From contig OZ316896.1 of the NCBI GenBank assembly GCA_973895155.1, forward strand, positions 11,608,830 to 11,672,829: a stretch of DNA of 64,000 nucleotides, given 5' to 3'. This DNA comes from Marsupella aquatica (lineage: Eukaryota > Plantae > Marchantiophyta). Each line of letters begins with the position of its first letter. The stretch's first letter is position 1. Below are positions 52,505 through 64,000 of this stretch, piece by piece. The position numbers were made by a program, and so were the translations under genes. Below the pieces are notes generated by a model, which was not told the origin of the DNA, made no database searches, and saw only the letters and a program-made list of their open reading frames with translations.

Positions 52505-52690
52505 ATGTACACTTGCCTGACTACACCTTCCTTGAAAGTAAATAGAATTGAAAACAAAAAAAAATCTTTACTCTTTTCCCTTATCTTTGCATATCTATTT
52601 TTTGTGCATCTTTTACATTTGTCTTATTTTCATTATACATATTGTCCTATTCGAGTTAAGGTCTAGAGTTTTCACTCTAGACTCTAGCCC
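52505..52690 (-). repeat. Inverted copy of the hairpin-headed repeat at 42019
   Basis: Reverse complement reads GGGCTAGAGTCTAGAGTGAAAACTCTAGACCTTAACTCGAATAGGACAATATGTATAATGA..., colinear with 42019-42265. Confidence 0.8.
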
Positions 52691-53127
52691 TTAATTAATC
52701 TGTGGACCCCCATGTTATTTTAGAGTTTGTTATCTAGAAATTGAATCCTAGAGGACCTCCAAATCTAAAGAAAAAAATTCCAAAATGGACAAGTCAATGT
52801 TTGACACTTGAAACAGTTGCCAAACTTACCAAGGCAGCCATAATTAACATCAATTACAAAACTAGCTGTAATGTGAACTACTGTTTAATGTGTGGGTAAC
52901 TTAATTGCCCACTTTAGCAAAACGGTGCTCGATGGTTTCCTCCATGGTACCGAAGGGATGCTGGATGCACTCAAGTTGTATCGAAAGTAATCACTTTTCA
53001 ATTCCTACACGCAAATAGACGAAAAGAGATAAGTCATTGGTGTCATCAAATCACTAACTTCACATAATTGTTTAAGACAAAAGTTTCATGGAAACAAATC
53101 TCCAATTGTGGAATTCGGAATGGATTG

Positions 53128-53342
53128 AAAGCTAGAGAAGTTTAGAAACTCATGACCATTTTAGTACTTGATAAAATTTCTCAATATCACACTCATTGCA
53201 AAGCTAGAGAACTTGGGAAACTTATAATCTTTTCAAAACTCAACTAAATCTATCAATGTTAAGTTCATTAAAAAGCTAAAGAAACTCTAAAATTCATAAT
53301 CTCCTTAGTACTCGATAAAATCTGTCAATTTTAGGTTCATTC
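53128..53342. repeat. Degenerate tandem repeat, about 72 bp x3
   Basis: Units begin aaagcta(g/a)agaa at ~53128, ~53200 and ~53272 and share ttagtact.gataaaat...tcaat...tcatt. Confidence 0.65.
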
Positions 53343-53769
53343 TCATCGAAGGGGTCAACATTTCAGGGGTTGTATAACATAGATTTTTATTCACGTTAGA
53401 GATTACAAAATCATGGGTAAAATTTATTTTTCAAATTACTTACTCAATTCTTATCGAATGGTGACAATGTTGAGCTCATTAGGACTGTCTCTTCAAGATC
53501 TTTCCAATGCCATATTATACGTGAGTTTTCGTTATAATTTGACTCAACAATATCAAATCAAAAATTGCTGTCGGGAAAATTTTATGTTTTGAATAATCAA
53601 AATGTAAATAAAATCGATACTAGGAATAGTTTTATCTCAATCTTTTTGTCTTTTGATTTGTATGTCAATTTTTTAATATTTTTTTTACTGCATAGCATCC
53701 CAATTTTTACAACAAAGTTGTCACAAACATGAATGCAGAAATTAATTTTATCCAAAAACAAGTCTCTTC

Positions 53770-53849
53770 GTGTTTGGAGCATACCATGATCATGTGGCGT
53801 GGTGTGAAGTGTTTGGAGCATACCATGATCATGTGGCGTGGTGTGAAGC
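53770..53849. repeat. Perfect 39-bp tandem duplication upstream of the ACS-like gene
   Basis: gtgtttggagcataccatgatcatgtggcgtggtgtgaa occurs twice. Confidence 0.92.
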
Positions 53850-54158
53850 TGAAAAGGACCCCTAATGGGGGTCTGTAAAAATAGCTTGTGATTGGGATTA
53901 TATAGTAAGATGGTTAAATTTGACCTCGTAGTTAATCATAACTATTCATTTAGAAACTATACATTTGTGCTTATTCGTATGTTGAACCATACGTTTCTGA
54001 TCCACCACACTGCAATGAAACAGCTCAGCATTCATGCAAATCAGCACAAATTCTGCTTCGACAACATTTCGGAACCCATAAGAATATAACCCGTATAACT
54101 TGTTGCCGGGGAGCATCAACATCGAGAGAGTGAATTTTTCGGAGACTTGCTGCAGGGG

Positions 54159-56682
54159 ATGATGTTTCTGAGTCCGCCGACGAACAGAATCAACGAATTT
54201 CTCGGGCCACGTCTCGATGAGGACCTGAATCAGCTTGACAAGACTTTAGTGTCGCGTTTTGGCGCCACAGAGCTTCGGCATCTGAGAAGTAATCGGTCAG
54301 TATCAAAGAGAGCTGCCCAATTCTACCGTGGTTTGCAGATGTCCTGTGGTGCTCAGGAAGCAGTTGTGGCCGACAGGGCTTTGGCTGTAATTGGAGGAGA
54401 CCTGCATGTGGCTTCCTATTACCTGGGCTGGCAGGAAGCTCAAAAAAATGCGTATCATGAACAGATGAATCCTGCAGGATGCATTCAATTGGGATTGTCC
54501 GAGAATCAGGTCGGGGATTTGATATTATTGCGCTGCTTTGCTTTGCTTTGCGTTGAGTTGAGTTGTTTGAAGGTCCACCCGTCCGAACAGAGGATACGCA
54601 AGATAATGTGATTAGAAGTTCAAGTAGAACATGAAGAGTTGGTCCAATTTTTTTTCAAATTTATAGTCTCGTAATTTGTTGAATCGGAGCTCCACAAAGC
54701 CCATCATGTACATATGAATCGCCCAAGTATTCCCAACACAGAGAACCCGAATTTCGGTCCTGGTGCTGAAATTTGGAAGTAGAAGCCAATGTCAGAGATG
54801 CTTGCCATTCCGTGATGAACATAGATTCTGTATACTGAGCACGCAGTGGATTTTGTGCATCCAACGCTTGCCACGATGGCACCTGCCAAATGACACATCA
54901 GCTAATGAGAATGCGTTTATAGCCAAATGTCTCATCAGCTAATAAATGCATTCTCATAACCAGTTGCCATTTGCTTGTTCTCTCCGTGAAGATGTTCTTA
55001 CTGATATGAAGTTTGAATACAACTATAATGGGAGGTCTTGCAGCTGTCACTCGATTTGCTCGAGCATTGGCTTTCTACTCATGACACTGCTCCTACACCA
55101 GATTTAGAGAGCGTCATTGGCTTCAGGGCCATTGCAGGCTATCCAGATGTTTATCATGGCCTCAGTCTTTTTAGATCGGTAAGAATATATTAAGCTCACT
55201 CTTGCTTCATGGCAAACAAATGCGAAAAGTAAAGATGTGCCCTTTGACATTGTGGTTTATGACAGATAGTATTTTTATACACGGGACATTACTTCCGCAG
55301 TTAGTTACTTCTGTTGGTATCGATCTTCAACTGCGCTCTGAAGACGTTTGCTTTGCTTCTTGTACTGTTGCAGCTTTTGGCAAGCTTCATGGATGATACT
55401 TTTGCAGGTGGAGTGCAGTTCCATGCAGATCAGATGGTTGTCACCACCGGTGCAACTGCAGCAATTGAGTTGCTAGCCTTCTGTTTGGCTGACCCGGGAG
55501 ACGCGTTCCTTGTGCCATCCCCATATTATCCAGGGTATGTTCACCAATTCTTATATTTCCTGTCATTTGCCATTTGACAGGACCTTCAGTGCACATTCAT
55601 ACTCGTTGTACTCAACCTCGAGCGAGTAAAGGTTTTTGGCCTTCGGTGATGTAAAGCTAACGTCTTAGTTTATCTCTTTTGTATTACCTACATTTCCCTT
55701 CGTCAAACGAGAAGAGATTAAAGTATTTGATAACTCATGACTGCGTTTCGCCCTATACAAAAAGATACAGCACGCGCGTGTGTTAATACTTGTGTTGCCT
55801 TTCGTCAGATTCGATAGGGACATCTCGTTTCGAAGCCAAGTGAGTCTCGTACCAGTACAAAGCTCAAGCGAAAACAAGTTCTTAATGACAAGAGAGGCGC
55901 TTGAGCAAGCCCACAATCATACTTTGATGACAGGACGAAAAGTAAAAGCAATTCTTATGACATCTCCATCAAATCCGCTCGGGTTAACATACGATGAGGA
56001 CTACTTAGGGCTTGTACTTGACTTTATCAAGGAGAAGGATCTGCATCTAATCTGTGATGAGATATATGCAGGCACTACCCATGGCGAGTCCAAGTTTGTC
56101 AGCATTGCTGGATTGTCAGGTTCTCAATCTCACTCCAGCAGAGTGCACATTGTCTATGGACTTTCAAAAATTTTAGGTCTCCCTGGATATCGCGTTGGGC
56201 TGCTATATTCTTGGAACTCGCAGGTTCTAGATGCAGCAAGAAAGATGACTCGCTTCAGTTCTCTCTCGACTCATACACAACAGTTACTAGTTGCTCTACT
56301 CTCGGACAGGCAATTTCTAAGGTCATATATATCTGAGAATCAGAGAAGACTTGGTGAAAGATGGCAGCTTGTGCGTCATGGTCTGGAGGAGGCTGGCATG
56401 GAATTTATCGAATGTACAAGTGGATTTTTCTGCTGGGTAAACTTAGGAAATCTCCTAGATGCTCGAACTAGAGATGACGAACTGAAACTGTTCAAGAAAT
56501 TGCTGTATGAAGTAGGAATAAACGTGACACCAGGATCTGCCTGCCACTGTGACGAACCAGGATGGTTCAGGCTTTGCTTTGCTTTTGTAGATGATGAAAC
56601 AATTGCAGTGGCCCTCAACCGTATTCAGCAATTCGCTGTTTTGACTGAACGAGGTAAACAAAGCAGAGTGAGGTATCTGTAG
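54159..56682 (+). CDS. 1-aminocyclopropane-1-carboxylate synthase-like PLP-dependent enzyme, 4 exons
   Basis: Exons 54159-54509, 55044-55178, 55374-55534 (161 bp) and 55809-56682. ACS boxes: IQLGLSENQL, YHGL, TGATAAIE, FLVPSPYYPGFDRD, SPSNPLG, HLICDEIYAG, YGLSKILGLPGYRVG, PGWFRLCFA. Confidence 0.95.
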
Positions 56683-57405
56683 GTGTGTTATAATTACAGG
56701 AATAATTCCTCTGTTGCTTCGAGTTGAAGTGTTTTTGCCAAAAATCAGAGTTTATAGTAAATTAACCATTCTGCCTGCTAGAACAACTTAAGTTTATTGT
56801 TGTGTTGTTCGACTCTTTAGGGAAATTCTGTCGATGGATTTTCTGATAATTATTGTAGTCCTGAATCTCTTTGTTTAGATAAAATAGCAAACCCCGCCAG
56901 ATTTTTTCCGTCTTCAACCTTGTTGATGAAAATATCTTTGTTTGCCAAACACATTTGTCGAAACGGAAACGTTGACCTCTGCATATGGTTTCAGCTTCTG
57001 GCTTCAGACTGACATTCTCCAGCCTGAGAACATGTAGTGACAGAACAAACTTAATCTTGCAGCAGGTCTAACTCGGGTCGAAATTTTCTGCATCTCAGTG
57101 GAATTGTTCATAAGTAAAAGACCTTCTTCAGGCTTAGATTTCAATCTAGCCTGTCTTGAATTTTTTGCTTCTCCAGATGGTAATCATGACTCTCCTATGA
57201 TCTCATCTAACCAGTGCCCAACGTTATCTTGCGAGTCATGACTCTCCAGTGATCTGATCTTAACCTCTCCGACTTTGTTTATTGCCTCTCTATCGAATCC
57301 TTCCTGCGATTAACATTTAGTTTGCCTTTTCTGTGCGTTTCTCTCACTGGGACTCAAACTCAAAGGAAAATCCCTACAACGCTTACCATAGGTGCTAGGA
57401 TTTGT

Positions 57406-60376
57406 TGTAGGACTACTGGAAGTTTTCATTGGAAAAAACACCACAACCCGCATTTGAGAGAATGAACTATTTTGTAGAGAGATATAGGGGAATATTTAGC
57501 GACAAAGCAAACTCCATGTCATGCACTCTAAGACATCCTATCCCCGAATTGCTAGATTTCTACACACTATAACATCCAGTGCCACTCATTTTGGTGAGTT
57601 GTTGGTTTACAAATTGTCATCTGGGTGGGGAAAAATCTTTGTCTTTAGTTGAAAGACTATTTTTGGTCATTGTTTGATCAACGAAAAACACCTCCCTGTG
57701 TGCCTTGCTCGCGCTGCAGTGCCCCAACCCCAACCTGGGGTCCAACATTCTCCCTTTGTATTTCTTGTTGCCCATTTCATAAAAAACCCACCAGCGCTTT
57801 AAGATCACCTATGGACCCGGCCTGTGGATATTAAGTTGTGGTCTATCTTACATAGACAAGGATTATGACACCTCCAAAGAGATGCAAAAATGGCACGCTT
57901 GGCCGGACCACCCACCGCTGAGTGCACCTCAAGACAAAAGTCAATCAGCCTCTCATACGCTTTACTTGACTGCATTAGTGTTCGGGTCTCGGTAACTCAA
58001 AATATGACATATATACGGTGTACGACATCCCTGCATACCATGATAAATATGGTTATTTTCCTTCAATCAATGAATGCAACCACATTTTGATGTGTGATTA
58101 CCGGCAGGGATAGTGTTCTTGTGCAACTGTCCGTCCCTTGACCAGGAGGGAGTGATGATGGATTTCAGCTGATCATAATTGACAGATGGTCTGTGAGGGT
58201 TTTTAGAATATATCCTCCCCTCATATGTGCTTATGGGGACGTCCCACCCCGACACACCTTTGGCCCCTAACCCGTGTCTAATTGCAATCATAACTTCTAC
58301 ATTGTGCTTGTGTTGATGATGCTACACATAACATTGCGATCAGGTTGCCTTGGAGCTCATGATGGTGCGACTGGAAATCACTCATGACCACCTTCTTGGA
58401 CTGAGGGGTATTGCAATGGTTCCTCAACACTTTCTCTGTGTGCTTCGCTTTGCCATCCATGCGTCACTCTTCGTGCCTCACCCTTGGTAATTGTGAGGAG
58501 TGTCTTCTGTTAAAGTATCTTCCACATCGTATTTCTCGGTATGTGCTGTACCAAAGGTTTAAATCTACATTTAGGCTATTTATGCCTCATGATCTATCTA
58601 CCTGGCTACTATAATAAACAATCCCTTCCGAAGGCAAGGTGTGGTTGTTTTACAAACTCTCTTTTGGTGGGAGCCACTTTTGGCTGTCCAATCAAAAAGG
58701 AGATTTCTCACAATCATCAGATCTTGGAAATAAGGTTTGTGAAAGGAATCTAGACATGGATATACATGACACAAGATGGGATGGATATGGATACCATGGT
58801 TGTTTGGGTGTGCTGTTAAGATGATGGGACAGTCCTCAACCGCAAATGTGACTTGCACCTACTCATATCCGCTCTGGCATGGCCTAACTCCAGCATTGGG
58901 TACTCCTAATGTTTGTGATTGGAGTGGCCATTCAAGATTTGGCTAAGGATGAGGAGACCATGATGAATATAAACGGGACAACTAGGGACCATTGGGTTTA
59001 GCATGGCATGAGCTTGTGACAATACCCTCAAAATCTAAAGTAAGAGATTCATTGAACATAGAGAGCTCCAAAGATGATTATGAGCACACTGTTGCATTCA
59101 GACCATTGAGAGGGTATAAATGCATGAGTTTGCTAAAGAAAATGGTTGTTTGCATACTGTGTCATCGGAGAACTATGAAGTTGGAAAATGAAAGTATAGC
59201 ATTGCACAAGCCTGATCAAAACTATGTGAGGCATGTCCTCAACAAACGTACAAATCTCCAGTTAGGGTCCGGGCATGATTCAGGTACAAAGGTGGGGTGT
59301 TTTGATGAGCACGCATGGACCAGAATGGTGCCATGGGCATAGCTTTGAGCTTCCAGGATGTTTGTCGGTTGAATCAAGACTACTAGGGTGTCCGGGCTAC
59401 TTGAGCACTCATTCAAGCCGTCCCATCAGTTGGTCAATCTGGCATAAGGTTGGAGACCGGAAAATAGAGGTGTGACAAGAGGCGGCAGGTCTTCAAAAGT
59501 ATATATAAGGGGAGTGGTGTCTCCTTTGGTGACTAGGGGCTGAGCCCAAGGCATGGGGCACAACAATTGTGCTACCAAAGAAAGAGACCACAAAAAAGTC
59601 AGATATCTTTGCTTAAGGAAAAAGGAGGGTTTTGGTTGGAGTACATCTGGGTTACAAAAGTACATGGGAGCATTTTGGGAAATGAGGAGGTCCATCTGGG
59701 CTTAAACCTGGGTCTGACCAAGGGCATGGCAAAAATAGTGCACTTTTCTTATTTGGATGCTCAGATAGACCAAGCACCTGAACCTCACTTCCAGGAGGGA
59801 CCCACACACCTGACAGTAAGGAGAAAAGAAAATTAAACTGAGTGTGAGCGCCTCATTGACTGAGATTTGGGATGTACTTTAGCTGACATGTAGTATTCCG
59901 TCCATGTTTGGCAGCCCTTCTGTCAGGCCTTCCAGGAGTCAGGCTTTGTATTGACATTGCTTGTGAAAGTAGTCAGCAGCCATTCAGTCAAGCCTTCCAG
60001 GAGACATGCTTTGTATTAACACTATTTTGTATCGACATTGTGTTAGGATGTTGACTCAACCTTGGCTAGGTTAACTAGAGTAAGCTAACTGGAGTTAACA
60101 TTAGTTGCCTAGACTCTCCATGAAGGGATAACCTTCTTTGTATCCGATGGAGAGAGAACACTTAGTGGAGAACTTTGTGTGAGAATGTGAGAGCTTGGAC
60201 CATGGAGCTGTGATGATATGTACTTTTTGTGTTCATAGTGAAGCGCTTGGTGCGGCCTGGACGTAGCCCTAATGGGGTGAACCACATATTTTTGTGTGAG
60301 TGTACTCGAGTGCTATATGAACGATGATTATGAGATGTCATGCTGTCCGTTTTGATCCTACAATTGGTATTAGAGC
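57406..60376 (+). mobile_element. LTR plus primer-binding site of an older LTR retrotransposon; left boundary tentative
   Basis: LTR ends ...TCCTACA at 60362, followed by AT and TGGTATTAGAGC (iMet-tRNA PBS-like, 60365-60376). It carries a GACGTAG..GAACCAC U5-type motif at ~60260 and a TATATAAG at ~59502. A matching TGTAGGA at 57406 would make the LTR about 2.96 kb. Confidence 0.6.
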
Positions 60377-60396
60377 AACCCTAGGAGTGACAATAG

Positions 60397-60693
60397 TGTA
60401 GGAAAACCGTCAGCTCCAGACTAAACAGCAATGCGGAACATGAGAGCACTCAATCTCACACTACACCAACAAGACACCACGATCATGGAGAAACTCCTGA
60501 AGAATCCATAGCTCATGAGATTGAACATGTGAAGAATGAGGGAGAGAATGCTCTCCCTCCAACCTATACCCCCCAAGGGGGACTAAGATGTGTGGGCCTA
60601 AATAAGTGGATCTTATCCTAAATTAACCAAGGGTCAATTAACCCTAGTAAGGCCAAACTAACTATAGTCGGGAACTCGAGTCAATTCCTAACA
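60397..60693 (-). repeat. 3' LTR (297 bp) of the copia element
   Basis: Minus strand reads TGTTAGGAA...TTCCTACA directly after the PPT. Confidence 0.85.
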
Positions 60694-63600
60694 ATCTCCA
60701 CCTTGACTCCAGTTCACACAATGAGTCAGGTGATAAACAATATGTAACTAAGTAACATATCTACATAGTCTCCGGTTTGGCCCTAACATTAATAATATCC
60801 ACACAATGACTAAAGCTATTGGTAGGTAAAACTTTGGTAAGCATGTCTGCTGCATTCTCCTCTGAAGCCACCTTCTCCAGAAACATCTGCTTTGTCTCAA
60901 TCACCTCACGGATGAAGTGATAACGAATATCAATGTGCTTTGTCCTAGCATGGAACACAAGGTTCTTAGCTAGATGCAAAGCACTTTGACTGTCACACAA
61001 CAGCACCGGTTTTTCAGGTAAAAGACCCAAATCACTCACCAATCTCCGTAGCCAGATCAACTCCTTGGTTGCCTCGCAAGCAGCCATGTACTCAGCCTCA
61101 GTAGTGGACAACGCAACACAGGATTGAGTTGCCGACTTCCAGCTGATACACCCTCCACCCAGCATAAACACATAGCCTGTAGTAGACTTCCTGTTATCCA
61201 AGTTACCAGCATAATCTGAATCTGCGAAACCTCCCAACTCTAATGTAGAGTCTGCTTTACCATCAAATAGAATCCCACAATCTAAGGTACCTTTCAAATA
61301 TCGCAAAACCCACTTCACTGCTTCCCAATGAAGTTTACCAGGGTTTGCCATAAATCTACTCAAAATGCTAACGGCGTGGGCAATGTCAGGTCTAGTGCAT
61401 GTCATTGCATACATCAAACTACCCATAACACTATCATAGGGAACCTGTTTCATCGCCAGTCTATCACTCTCACTAGAAGGGCAATCATTCTTTGAGAGTT
61501 TAAAGTGGGAAGCCAATGGAGTACCCACTGGTTTTGCATTCTCCATCCCATACTTGGCAAGTACTTTCTCTAAATACTGCCTCTGAGACAACCATAATTG
61601 CCTATGCTCCCTATCACGATGAATCTCCATCCCTAGAATCTTCTTGGCCTGACCCAAGTCCTTCATTGAAAACTCTTTACTCATCATTGCTTTCAGATGG
61701 GCAACATCAGACTTATTCTCAGCCAGGATCAGCATGTCATCCACGTATAGTGCCAGCACAATGTAACCAAAGCGTGAGTAATTCTCCACCTCCTTCATGT
61801 AAATACAATAATCATGTTCACTCTGCGTGAACCCTTGTGATAACATGAAGGAATCAAAACGCTTATTTCATTGTCTGGGACTCTGCTTCAATCCGTATAA
61901 CGAGCGCAAGAGCTGACACACCAAGTGTTTGGTCTTCTCATTAATAAAACCTAGAGGCTGAGCCATATAAATCTCCACATCAAGCAATCCATGCAGGAAA
62001 GTAGTAATTACATCCATTTGATCTAACTCAAGATCATAGAATGCCACAATTGCAAGTAAAACACGGATAGTAGCGAGTTTGACAACTGGTGAGAAAATCT
62101 CCGTGTAGTCCAAGCCCTCCTTCTGGGTGTACCCTTTGGCTACAAGGCGTGCCTTGTAAGTGCCATCCTGCTTCTTCTTGTACAACCATCTACACGGAAC
62201 CAATGTCATCCCGCGAGGCATGTCCACTAAGCGCCAAGTTGAATTCTTCTTCAAAGAATTCATCTCCTTCAACATCGCCTCCATCCACTTATCCTTCTCT
62301 GGAGAGGCCATAGCTTCTTCATAGCTAGAGGGGTCTCCATCTTTAGTGAGCAATATAACACCGGGATCGTCGTGCTCAACAACATGAACACGAGGATCTG
62401 CAAAACCAAATCTATCAGGGGGTTGGCCAAGATTGGCCCTTGTGGATCGCCTCAATTGAGGTCCTGCACTTCTACCAGAGGGACTAGCAGCTTCCTCAAC
62501 ACCATCAAGCTCCACCGTAGTGGGTTCCTCCACCTGCTCCTCCTGATCATTCCGGGTTCTTGACAACCATTCTTTGTCAAAAACAACATTTCTGCTCACA
62601 ACTGCCTTGCAATCGACAGGATCCCACAATTTGTAGCCCTTCTGCCCCGGACTAAAGCCTAGAAAAATTCCTTTTCTTAGACGTGGGATCCAACTTAGAT
62701 CTGTGTGTCTGCTCAATGTGAACATAGGCAGCACACCCAAAAACTTGGAGTCTAGAGTAATCAGCACGTCTCTTATACCACAACTCAAATGGAGTCTGCA
62801 TCAACTTACTACTGTGCGGTGACAGGTTGTAAACATATGCAGCTTGGTTGACAGCTTCAGCCCAAAAATTATGGGGCAACTTGGACCTACATAGCATGTT
62901 GCATGCTTTCTCCAATAATGTCCGATTCAACCGTTCTGCCACTCCATTCTACTGCGGGGTCTCCGGTACAGTGTAATGACGCTTGAGGCCAAGGTCCCGA
63001 CCAAATTGGTCAAACTCATTGGACTTATACTAGCCACCGTTATCTGACCGAACACACTTCAACTCCTTCTCAGTTTGTAGCTCCACCATGGCTTTCCACT
63101 CCTTGAAGATCTCAAATACTTGAGACTTCTCCTTCATGTAGTACAGCCAACACATTCGAGAGTAATCATCTACAAACGTCACAAAATATCTGGCTCCACC
63201 AACGACGGCTCTGGTGCTAGACCCCAAACATCCGAATGTACATACTCAAGAATCTCATGAGAATGGTAGGAACTAGAACTGAAACTCACTCTCCTCTGCT
63301 TGCCGTAGATGCAATCTTCACAGAAAGAAAGTTTTCCAGATTGTGCGCCTTGCAGCAAATCTCTGTTTGCCAAGGCTGCCAATCCTTTACCACTCAAGTG
63401 CCCCAATCGTGCATGCCATAAATCTATGGCCTGTGTGCGACCAGATGTTGATGGTGCTTCAATTGAAGCAACCGACGATGCCACTGCATCCAAACGTTCC
63501 ACCACAGAATCCACATGCTCCACTCTAGGAGCAATCACATCTCCTTGCAAGATGTACAAATTATTCTGCCGTAGCGCCTTAATCAAAGTTGCCTCACCTT

Positions 63601-64000
63601 TGACAACAAAGAGCGCACCATCACGTGCAGTGAAATGATATCCACCAGCTTCCAAAGCACCAAGAGAAATCAAGTTCTTAGAGATGTCTGGTATGTGTCT
63701 GACTTCCGTCAATGCTCGCACAACACCATCAAACATCCAGAATTTGATAGTCCACATGCCAACAATCTCACATCGGACCCCGTTGCCGATTTCCACGCTA
63801 CCAGTACACGGTTGGTAAGTAGAGAAATAAGATCGCATTGGACACACGTGATAAGAAGAACCCGAATCCAACATCCATTAATTGTCATACATAGAATTAA
63901 TAGCACCAATACATAGCACTTCAGCACCATCCTCATGATCAACAATCACTATGCCAGCTGAAGATGAAGATGCACCATCAGAAGTAGGACGCTTCTGCCT
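60397..64000 (-). mobile_element. Ty1/copia LTR retrotransposon, 3' part; pol is disrupted and the element continues beyond the window
   Basis: Domain order is protease (LDSGSSYH), GAG-pre-integrase (LWHARLGH), integrase (FVDDYSR, VRSDNGG, AERLNRTL), RT (YKARLVAKG, LYGLKQSPR, LYVDDML), RNase H (KHIDIRYHFIRE). There are stops at ~63030 and ~61868 plus frameshifts. PPT AGGTGGAGAT at 60694-60703. Confidence 0.96.

Noticed and set aside
42019-52690. Pack-MULE carrying PLAC8 and WDR70
   Set aside because: No 9-11 bp TSD (flanks tacttttaa versus ttaattaat), and the 3-bp flanks TAA and TTA differ. Kept only as a weaker composite-element hypothesis in the findings.

Overview
Eukaryotic nuclear DNA, most likely from a non-seed land plant (inferred from GT-AG spliced genes, plant-type proteins and the transposon mix). 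Six spliced protein-coding genes can be read. They are a plant RFRPIAPKP-motif protein (+), a thylakoid-lumen FKBP whose first exon is unresolved (-), an intact 13-exon Rab GDP-dissociation inhibitor (-), a PLAC8/CNR8-like gene (+), a WDR70/GAD-1-like WD40 gene (-) and an ACC-synthase-like PLP enzyme (+). Intergenic DNA is rich in mobile elements: two decayed copies of a restriction-like-endonuclease (CRE-like) non-LTR retrotransposon plus isolated 3'-tail fragments, a tRNA-derived SINE family, several MITEs, a hairpin-terminated repeat family, and a defective Ty1/copia element nested just behind the PBS of an older LTR element. I see no CRISPR array or prokaryotic system. The most unusual items are the CRE-like LINE family and a local inverted copy of one GDI exon with its flanking introns. 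All calls were made by eye, so exon and repeat boundaries may be off by a few bases.
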